This document shows positions 56,516-64,000 of a stretch of 64,000 bases of DNA, piece after piece (the stretch's first letter is position 1; each line of letters begins with the position of its first letter). The position numbers and the translations under genes are program-made. This DNA is from an uncultured delta proteobacterium (lineage in GTDB: Bacteria; Myxococcota_A; Polyangia; Polyangiales; Polyangiaceae). The notes below the pieces were generated by a model. The model saw only the letters and a program-made list of their open reading frames with translations. It searched no databases and was not told the DNA's origin. The stretch covers positions 1,248,001-1,312,000 of the forward strand of contig CAWDXG010000001.1 of NCBI GenBank assembly GCA_963806225.1. The letters are read 5' to 3'.

Positions 56516-57024
56516 GACGCTCTTTCGTCGCGCTGGTCGCTGCGCTGACGCTTTCCGCGGCAACTCTGCCGGCGAACGCGCAGGGCAAGGGGAAGGCCCC
56601 GCCAGCGAAGGCCCACAAGCACACGGCCAGCAAAGCCGCGAAGTATGCGGCGGAGGTGATGGTCCTCCACGCCACCAACTCGAAGAAGGGCATCGACAAG
56701 CGCATCGGCGACATGCCGGAGCTGAAGAGGCCGCCGTTCTCGTCCTACGATAGCTACCAGCTTCTGACCCGCGCCCGGCTTCCGCTCGACAAGGGGCAGG
56801 CGAAGACCATCAAGCTGCCGAACGGGCGCGTGCTGCGCACCAAGCTGCTCGACATCCTGCCGAAGGACTACCTGCGGATCTCCGCCAGCATCAACCAGCC
56901 CAAGGGGAAGACCTTCCTGCCGCTACTCAAGGTCAAGGCGAAGGTGGGCCAGGCCTTCATCGTGGCCGGCCAGAGCTACAAAGGCGGGATCCTCGTGCTC
57001 GTGATCCGCGTCGTCAATCGCTAG
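56512..57024 (+). CDS. Hypothetical secreted protein
   Basis: Signal peptide ending ANA; translationally coupled to the anti-sigma gene. Confidence 0.72.
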   Translation: MRRSFVALVAALTLSAATLPANAQGKGKAPPAKAHKHTASKAAKYAAEVMVLHATNSKKGIDKRIGDMPELKRPPFSSYDSYQLLTRARLPLDKGQAKTIKLPNGRVLRTKLLDILPKDYLRISASINQPKGKTFLPLLKVKAKVGQAFIVAGQSYKGGILVLVIRVVNR

Positions 57025-58303
57025 CCGGGTCGGGCTCGCAGTCGCTGAAGTCCGGCTGGGTCTGCAGCGTCATGTTGAAGACCGAGCCGCTGCCGAGCGT
57101 GCTGGTCGCGCCGAGCGTCCCGCCGTGCGACGCGAGGATGTCGCGCACGATCGACAGTCCGAGCCCGGTGCCGCGACCGTCCGTCTTGGTCGTGAAGAAC
57201 GGTTCGAATATCTGTTCGAGCACCTCGGCCGGGATGCCGATGCCCTGGTCCTCGATCTCGACCAGCACGGCGTCGCCCCCGGAAAGCAGCCGCGTCCGCA
57301 CGGTGAGCTCACCGCCCTCGTCAAGCATCGAGTGCGCCGCATTGGTGAACAGGTTGACGAACACCTGCGTCAGCTGTCCCGCGACGCCTCGAACCGGCGG
57401 CAGTCTTGCGGCGAGGTCGCGGCGGACCGTGACGTCGCTCTCGGCAAACTCGTGCTCGCAGAACACCAGCGCCTTGTCGATGACCTCGTGCAGAGCAACC
57501 GGACCGGGCACCTCCACCGACGGGCGCGCGTAGGCGACCAGATCGCGCGAAAACTTCAGGATCCGTTCGGCGGCTTCGCCGATCCGGCGCAGGCGTTCCA
57601 CGTCGTCGTCGGCCTCACGCGCCATGGCCCGCTTCCTGAGGTAGTCGGAGTAGGCGACGATCGAGGTGAGGGGGTTGTTCAGCTCGTGCACCACGCCTGC
57701 CACGATCTGCCCGAGCGAGGCCAGCTTCTCGGCCTGGATGACCTGGGCCTGCAGCCGGCGGAGCTCATCGGAGGATTGGTGACTGCTCTGATGGTGCTGG
57801 GATCGGTAGAGCGCTGCGGTGAGCAAATCGGCGACGCGTCGCGCGATGCTCGACGCTGGGGACGTCGGCGCCAGCATCTCCACCTCGTTGCTGGCGACGT
57901 GGAACGTCGAAGTGCCGCGATCGTGACCGAGCGGAAGCACCAGCTCCCGCGCGAACGCCGCGAAGAGCCGGGTCGGGTCGGAGTCCTGGCCCGCGTGGGT
58001 GCCCGGCGGCAGGCGTCGCTCGACGACCTGCTCGCCGCTGTCGGCATCGACGATGCAGGCACCGACGGCGCACGTGCGCAGCAGACGTGCGCCTTCCTCC
58101 ACGCACGCGCGGGCCAGCGCCTCGGGCGCTTCGTCGATGCCGAGGTGGCAGGACAGGTCGAGCAGCTCGTCGAGCCAACGGTCCGCGGGGTCGGCGACGA
58201 TAGCAGGTCTGCGCGCCGATCCCACCGGTTCCAGCTCGCGCAGATCCGAGAGGCGACCGGGCGGCATGCTCGACTGCTTGTCGTCGTCCGTTCGGCCGCT
58301 CAC
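57014..58303 (-). CDS. Sensor histidine kinase (degenerate GAF-like + HisKA + HATPase)
   Basis: [54 protein letters not shown] overlaps the upstream stop. Confidence 0.9.
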   Translation of the reverse strand: MSGRTDDDKQSSMPPGRLSDLRELEPVGSARRPAIVADPADRWLDELLDLSCHLGIDEAPEALARACVEEGARLLRTCAVGACIVDADSGEQVVERRLPPGTHAGQDSDPTRLFAAFARELVLPLGHDRGTSTFHVASNEVEMLAPTSPASSIARRVADLLTAALYRSQHHQSSHQSSDELRRLQAQVIQAEKLASLGQIVAGVVHELNNPLTSIVAYSDYLRKRAMAREADDDVERLRRIGEAAERILKFSRDLVAYARPSVEVPGPVALHEVIDKALVFCEHEFAESDVTVRRDLAARLPPVRGVAGQLTQVFVNLFTNAAHSMLDEGGELTVRTRLLSGGDAVLVEIEDQGIGIPAEVLEQIFEPFFTTKTDGRGTGLGLSIVRDILASHGGTLGATSTLGSGSVFNMTLQTQPDFSDCEPDPASD

Positions 58304-60322
58304 CGCGGTACCTCCTTCGGGCCGGAGTCCTCCGCTGCCTTGTCCAGATCGAGGATCTTCGCGCCTCCGACGTAGCTCTTGGTCTCGTAGCGGGTGATCT
58401 TGCCGACCTTGCGCACGATGTCGGCCATGCGCTCCGACTCGCTGATGATCACCGTCGCCGCGTTCTGGAGCTGTGGGTTGTCCACCAGGTTGCGTCGGAG
58501 CAGCTCGGCGTAGCCGATGACGCTCGTGAGAGGCTGGTTGAGCTCGTGCGCCGCGGCTCCCGCCAACTCGGCGACGATGGCCTGCTTCTCCCTCGCGCGC
58601 AGCTCGTCCTGGGCCTTCATCAGGCGCGCCTCCATCCGCAGCTTCTCGCGGATGTCCGTGAAGACGCCGACGGAGCCGACGGGTCGGTCGCCATCCATGA
58701 TCAACGCTGCCGACAGGGTAACCTGGATCAGGTCGCCGCCGGAGCTGACCATGTCGACGCGGTAGTCCTCGAGGCGTCCCGGGCCGTAGAGTTCGGGGTC
58801 GCGGATGCGCCGCATCACCGAGTGGGCGACTCCGTCGGGGTACAGCTTCTCCACGGACATCCTGCCGACGACGTCGCGCGCCGAGTAGCCGAACATGCGG
58901 CTGGCAGCGCGGTTGAACAGAAGCACCTTGCCCGTCGAGATCTGCCGATACGATGCCGTCGACCGAGCTGTCGATGACGCGTTCCAGAAACTCCTTGGTC
59001 TGCTTCAGCTCGATGGCGGTCTTCCGCTCGCGGGTCACGTCGCGGAAGCTGAACAGGACGGCGTTGTCCTCGTGGAGAACCGAGCTGAAGCTCACGCTGA
59101 TGATGATCGGCTCGGTGCGGGCCGTGTTGACCTGGATGTCGACGCCGCGCGGATACACACCTTCCGTGAAGCCGCGGAGCAGACGCTCGGCGCGCGGTCT
59201 TTCGTCCTCGATGAGCAGCGAATCGAGCGTCATGCCCATGAAGTCGGTTTCGCTGAAGCCGGTGATCTCCCGGGCGCGTGGGTTGGCGAAGAGCACGTGG
59301 CCCTCCCGGTCGATGACCACCATGCCGTCGGCCGCGCTCTCGAAAAAGTCGGCATAGCGCTGGAACAGCTGGACCCGTCGCTCCGCTTCGACGCGCGCGA
59401 ATGTGCTCTGTTGCGTCTCGTCGCGCAGCGACTGCAGGATGCGCGCGTTGCGCAGCGCGATCGCCGTGGCGTTTGCGACGGTGTGTACGAGCGCCATCTC
59501 GTGGTCGGCGAAAGGTGCGGCGTGACGCGCGCGCAGGAAGATCACGCCCATCGGCTTCTGATCGTTGATGATGGGGACCAGGGCGAGCGAGATGAATTCC
59601 AGCGGTGGCTCGTGCTGCCGCACGACCTCGAGTAGCGGGTGGCGACTGGCGTCGCGGATCACCAGCGTGTGGCCGGTGTGCAGGACCTCGCGGATCTCCG
59701 GGTACTTGCCCAGGTCGAGCGGCAGGTCCCTGAGTTGCTCGTCATCGCTTGTGGCTACGACGAAGCCGACGTTGCCTGGCTCGTCGGCCAGCACGATGCT
59801 GCAGCGATCGACGTGGGCCACGTCGGCGACGCGTTGCACCACGGTGAACAGGATGTCGCGCATGTCCAGGCTCGAGGCCAGGGCCTGGGTCATCTCGAGC
59901 ACCGTTTGCGAGTCCCGTTCGCGGCGGCTCAGTCGATCGACGTACTCGCGGATCCGCATCTGTCCGCGGATGCGCGCGATCAGCTCGGCAGGCCGGAACG
60001 GCTTGTGGACGTAGTCGTCCGCCCCAGACGAAAATACCTTCTGGATCTCGTCGTCCGAGTCGAGCGCGGTCAGGACCACGACCGGCACGTCCGCCAGGTG
60101 CGGGCGCGCGCGGATGTGTCGGAGCACCGCGTATCCGTCGGGCGCCGGCATCACCAGGTCGAGCAGCACGACCGCCGGCACCGAGTTTTCCAGCCAGGCC
60201 AGCGCCTCGCCGCCGCTGCCCACCGTCACGCACCGGAGGCCGGCGCCGGCAAGCGTCTGGCCCAGGACATGACGACTGACGGCGTCGTCGTCGACGACCA
60301 GGATTGATCCTGCTGGATCCAC
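58300..60322 (-). CDS. REC-GAF-PAS-PAS-HisKA signalling protein without a HATPase domain (frameshift near 58940)
   Basis: VVDDD/LLDLVMP/KP receiver, GAF, two PAS domains, AAHELNQPL, then ends ...YVGGAKILDL. Confidence 0.88.
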
Positions 60323-60458
60323 TGTAGTCTGATCCTAGCCGCGAAGGCCTATCCGGCGCAAACCGTGCGCCAGCGGCCTCGGTCGTCCACGAGATACTCC
60401 GATCCGGGCATCGGAAGTGTTGCGCACGGTGCGCTGGAAGGGCACGCTCCGGCTCGCG

Positions 60459-62315
60459 ATGCCGGGGCCGGGGCGCCTGCCGAATCTCAGCGATCTGACA
60501 GCTTTCGCCAGGCTCTTCGAGTTCCGCACGGTCTCGCGCTGGGTCGGGCTGGGGCTTGCGATCGGTATCGTGGCAGGGCTCGGGGCGGGCGCCTTCTTCC
60601 TCGGAATGCAGTGGATCCATCACGTGGTCATCGCGGGGTGGGGGAACCTGCCGCAGCTCGAGCCCCGCGGTGAGCATTCCCTGTTCGAGACCCGGATCGA
60701 TGGCCCCGTTCGTCACTGGGTCCTGGTGCTCGCGCCGGCGGTGGGCGGGCTCATCTCGGGTTTGCTCGTCTTCACCTTCGCTCCCGAAGCGGAAGGTCAC
60801 GGCACCGACTCCATTGTCGAGGCGTTCCACCGTCACGCGGGTCGCATCCGCGCGCGGGTGCCGGTGATCAAGACCCTGGCGTCGGTGGTGCTGATCGGTA
60901 CCGGCGGCAGTGCGGGGCGCGAGGGGCCGATCGCCCAGATCGGCGCCGGCTTCGGCTCGCTGATTGCCTCGCCGCTCAGGCTGTCGGATCGCGAACGCCG
61001 TCTGATGCTGATCGCGGGTGCGGCGGGCGGCATCGGCGCGATCTTCCGCACGCCGCTGGGAGCGGCGCTGTTCCTGGTCGAAGTGCTGTACCGCGACGAT
61101 TTCGAAGTCGACGCGCTAGTGCCGGCGGTGATGAGCTCGGTGGTCGCGTATTCGGTGTTCACGATGCTGTTTCCCTCGGCGGGGACCATCTTCGCGACCG
61201 AGGGCGAGTACGTGTTCGATCCGCGTGCGCTGCCGCTGTATCTGCTGATGGCGATCGGCGCGGCGCTGGTGGGCGTCCTGTACATCAAGGTCTTCTACGG
61301 TCTGCGGGACCATGTGTTCCACAAGATCCCCATTCCGCTCGCACTCAAGCCGATGCTCGGCGGTCTCGGCGTCGGGCTGCTCGCGATGGTTGCGCCGCAG
61401 GCGCTGGGCGCTGGCTACGGATGGCTGCAGGAGGCGCTTCTGCCGAGCAAGGGCGTCCTGCCGCTCGGCTGGGCAGGCGCAGCGGTGCTCGTGGGAATTG
61501 CACTCACCAAGGTGCTCACGACTTCGCTCAGCATCTCCTCCGGGGGGTCCGGCGGGGTCTTCGGTCCGTCGGTGGTCATCGGCGGGATGGTCGGCGGCGC
61601 GTTCGGCGTTGCCTTCCACCAGCTGACGCCGACGGTGGTGCCGCAGCCCGGCGCGTTCGTGATCGTCGGCATGGCCTGCTTCTTCGGTGGGGTTGCGCAC
61701 GTGCCGGTGTCGTCGCTGGTCATGGCGAGCGAAATGACGGGCAGCTACGATCTCCTGGTCCCCCTGATGCTGGCCGAGGCGGTGACGTTCGTGATGGTGC
61801 GGCGCTGGACCCTGTACGAAAAGCAGGTTCCGACGCGGCGGGATTCGCCCGCCCATGGCGGTGAATACGTGCTCGACCTCCTTCAGGACATCCGCGTGAG
61901 CGACGTGTACGAACACGATCCCGACGTGAGGCTCGTGCGCGCTTCCGACCCGCTCGGACAGCTGCTGCGCCACGCTTCAGAGAGCACCCAGGCGGTATTC
62001 CCGATCGTGACATCCGAAAACCACATCCAGGGTCTGGTGACGCTCGAGACGCTGCGCGCGTTCTTCTTCGACGAGGACATCGGGCAGCTGGCGATCGCCG
62101 CCGACTGCGAGATGCCGTTCGTCTCGGTGGCGGAGTCCGACTCGATGGGCACGGCGCTCGAGCGCTTTGCCTCGTCCCACTACCCGCAGCTCCCCGTGGT
62201 GCACGACGATGATCCCGAGCGGATCCTGGGGCTGCTCAGCTACGAGGATCTGCTGCAGGCCTACAGCCAGGAGCTGATGCGGCGCCGGCAGCCAGTGATG
62301 CCCCGGCAGCTCTAG
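60459..62315 (+). CDS. ClC chloride channel/antiporter with CBS pair
   Basis: GHGTD, GREGP, GGVFGP, EMTGSY and a C-terminal CBS pair. Confidence 0.93.
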   Translation: MPGPGRLPNLSDLTAFARLFEFRTVSRWVGLGLAIGIVAGLGAGAFFLGMQWIHHVVIAGWGNLPQLEPRGEHSLFETRIDGPVRHWVLVLAPAVGGLISGLLVFTFAPEAEGHGTDSIVEAFHRHAGRIRARVPVIKTLASVVLIGTGGSAGREGPIAQIGAGFGSLIASPLRLSDRERRLMLIAGAAGGIGAIFRTPLGAALFLVEVLYRDDFEVDALVPAVMSSVVAYSVFTMLFPSAGTIFATEGEYVFDPRALPLYLLMAIGAALVGVLYIKVFYGLRDHVFHKIPIPLALKPMLGGLGVGLLAMVAPQALGAGYGWLQEALLPSKGVLPLGWAGAAVLVGIALTKVLTTSLSISSGGSGGVFGPSVVIGGMVGGAFGVAFHQLTPTVVPQPGAFVIVGMACFFGGVAHVPVSSLVMASEMTGSYDLLVPLMLAEAVTFVMVRRWTLYEKQVPTRRDSPAHGGEYVLDLLQDIRVSDVYEHDPDVRLVRASDPLGQLLRHASESTQAVFPIVTSENHIQGLVTLETLRAFFFDEDIGQLAIAADCEMPFVSVAESDSMGTALERFASSHYPQLPVVHDDDPERILGLLSYEDLLQAYSQELMRRRQPVMPRQL

Positions 62316-63712
62316 CCCTGACCGCCGCCGCCGTTCGTTCCGCTGCTGCCGCCCGGCGGTACCACCGGGCCGGCGGGCGGCTGCTGCAGCGGGTGGACCC
62401 GCGTTGCGTCGCCCTCTTGCGGCTGCGCCGGAGGTTGTGCTGGCTGTTCGATGCGGTAGTTCGTGGGCGGCCCCGCCGGGCCGTCGGGCGGCGCCGCGCC
62501 TGCGGCTTCGAGCGCGCGCTTCTTGACGATCGGAAAACCGACAGCGAACACCAGGATGGTCGTGAACACGCAGGCGAACACGACGACCGGCAGGTTTTCC
62601 GTGCCCTTGATGCCGGCGGCGACCGGAAGCGTCGCGAGCACGCCCGCCGCCATGCCGCGCGGCATCGAGACCGCAGCCATGCGCTTCTGGTCCGGATCCA
62701 GATCGCTCGCAAGGGTCGCCAGATACACGCTGGGGATGCGCGCTCCGAAAAGAACCACCCCCAACAGGATCCCCAGCACGATCAGCGAGAACGGCGGCCC
62801 TAGCATCGCACCGATAAACACGAAGAAGAAGGACTTGATGATGAACGCCATCTGGCGGTGGAACCCGCGCACGCTGGTGTCGAGCTCCACCGGGATGGCG
62901 AGCCCGATCTTCCGCGACAGGGACGGCGCGTTGCCGAGGATCACCGCTACGGCGAGGATGCCCATGGCCGCGCTGCCGCCCGCTCGATCGATGAGCACGT
63001 AGAGGATCAGCAATACTGAAAGAGTGATCGGATAGGCATGCTCGCTGTTCTTGAGAAACCTGAGGAACAGGAGCCAGACGAGCCCCGCCACCAGGCCGAT
63101 CGCGAGCCCGATGCCGAATGACCTGAGCAGGCTCACGACGGGCCCCGCCGCGCCGCCCGTTCCATGCACCATCACGTCGACCAGCGCGCTGGTCCCCACG
63201 ACGCACAGGGCGTCAGTCAGTGCCGATTCGAGGTTGACCAGGTTTGCGAGCTTGGGTTCCACGCGCGCCTGCGACATGGCGGGCATGATGATGATCGAGC
63301 TCGATCCTCCGAGAATGGCGCCGAGCATCCAGCCGTGCATCCAGGTCCAGCTGTCCGGCAGCCAGCCGACCAGCGCCGCCAGCATGCTCAGGACCGCGAT
63401 CGCGGATGCCGAGAGCGCGAAGCTCGATATCGCGAGCAGACTGGACCGCGGCGCGGCGCGCGACAGCTCCGGAATCTTGAGAGCGGTGCCGCCTTCGAAC
63501 AGCACGATCACGAGCGTGATCGCGGCAAAGTAGGGAGCGATCGTGTTGAGCTGCGGCCGCGTGACCAGGCCGCTCACGGGCCCGAGCAGGATTCCGGCGA
63601 GGATCAGCCACACCACATCCGGGATGTTGGTGCGCTGGAAGATGATCTCGCCCAGTGCGCCGATCAGGAAAATGCCGGCGACGGCGAGCAGGAAGACCGC
63701 GACGCTGTTCAT
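62312..63712 (-). CDS. CPA1/NhaP cation:proton antiporter
   Basis: IVLFEGG, LESALTD, PRGMAA; about 12 TM helices. Confidence 0.9.
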   Translation of the reverse strand: MNSVAVFLLAVAGIFLIGALGEIIFQRTNIPDVVWLILAGILLGPVSGLVTRPQLNTIAPYFAAITLVIVLFEGGTALKIPELSRAAPRSSLLAISSFALSASAIAVLSMLAALVGWLPDSWTWMHGWMLGAILGGSSSIIIMPAMSQARVEPKLANLVNLESALTDALCVVGTSALVDVMVHGTGGAAGPVVSLLRSFGIGLAIGLVAGLVWLLFLRFLKNSEHAYPITLSVLLILYVLIDRAGGSAAMGILAVAVILGNAPSLSRKIGLAIPVELDTSVRGFHRQMAFIIKSFFFVFIGAMLGPPFSLIVLGILLGVVLFGARIPSVYLATLASDLDPDQKRMAAVSMPRGMAAGVLATLPVAAGIKGTENLPVVVFACVFTTILVFAVGFPIVKKRALEAAGAAPPDGPAGPPTNYRIEQPAQPPAQPQEGDATRVHPLQQPPAGPVVPPGGSSGTNGGGGQG

Positions 63713-63794
63713 GGCGTGACGGCGACTCTAGTCCAGCAGGGCGCGATTGTGGAACAGTGCGATGCGTTGGCCTCGCCGTAGCCCGGTGTTCCCG

Positions 63795-64000
63795 CTATCC
63801 GCAGCTGCCGTTCGACAAGCAGCGCTGCCCGGGCGCGCAGGTCGTGGTGCCGCACGTGCAGACGCCGCTCGAACAGGTCCCGGCGCTTCCGGCGTTGCAG
63901 CTCGGGTCGCCCGAGCACACGCAGTTGCTGGAGCTGCAGCCGAAGCCCGCGGCGCATTTGCGCCCGCAGGAGCCGCAGTTGGCCGCATCGTTCGAGAGGT
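63795..64000 (-). CDS. C-terminal part of a Cys-rich (Stig1-like repeat) protein, truncated by the window edge
   Basis: Frame reads ..LSNDAANCGSCGRKC...CLSNGSCG* with TAG at 63795-63797. Confidence 0.7.
   Translation of the reverse strand, partial: LSNDAANCGSCGRKCAAGFGCSSSNCVCSGDPSCNAGSAGTCSSGVCTCGTTTCAPGQRCLSNGSCG

Noticed and set aside
57014..60322. Single 1102-aa hybrid kinase
   Set aside because: The middle section is out-of-frame junk; the real PAS-HisKA sequence is in another frame that ends at 58300, so this is two genes joined by an indel.
60459..63712. ClC and NhaP as a novel coupled system
   Set aside because: They are convergent, both are ordinary families, and GHGTD is a common ClC variant; nothing else links them.

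Overview
A GC-rich (about 70% by eye) chromosomal segment that looks myxobacterial, most like Polyangiales/Sorangiineae. This is inferred from a MYXO-CTERM-type tail, several Cys-rich secreted proteins, a close MglA homologue and a TIGR04563-like small protein. About 50 CDSs are packed densely. They cover lipid metabolism (two CDP-alcohol phosphotransferases, pgpA, glpAB-like), bioA, a TetR-MFP-RND-TolC-MMPL export operon, acnA, gspC, an S41 protease, a DegP/ECF sigma/anti-sigma module, two-component proteins, and ClC and NhaP transporters. At least 14 genes carry single-base frameshifts, which fits uncorrected long-read indel errors better than true pseudogenes. I saw no rRNA, tRNA, CRISPR array, integrase or transposase. 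The best candidates for undescribed systems are: an orphan HxsB-type radical SAM gene divergent from a ferritin-like diiron enzyme; a TerB-like gene coupled to MglA where MglB normally sits; a LarA-like racemase next to a swivel-first LeuD-LeuC fusion; a DUF4178 protein paired with a membrane aminopropyltransferase that has altered motifs; and palindromic intergenic repeat clusters. All family assignments come from motif recognition by eye, not from database searches.
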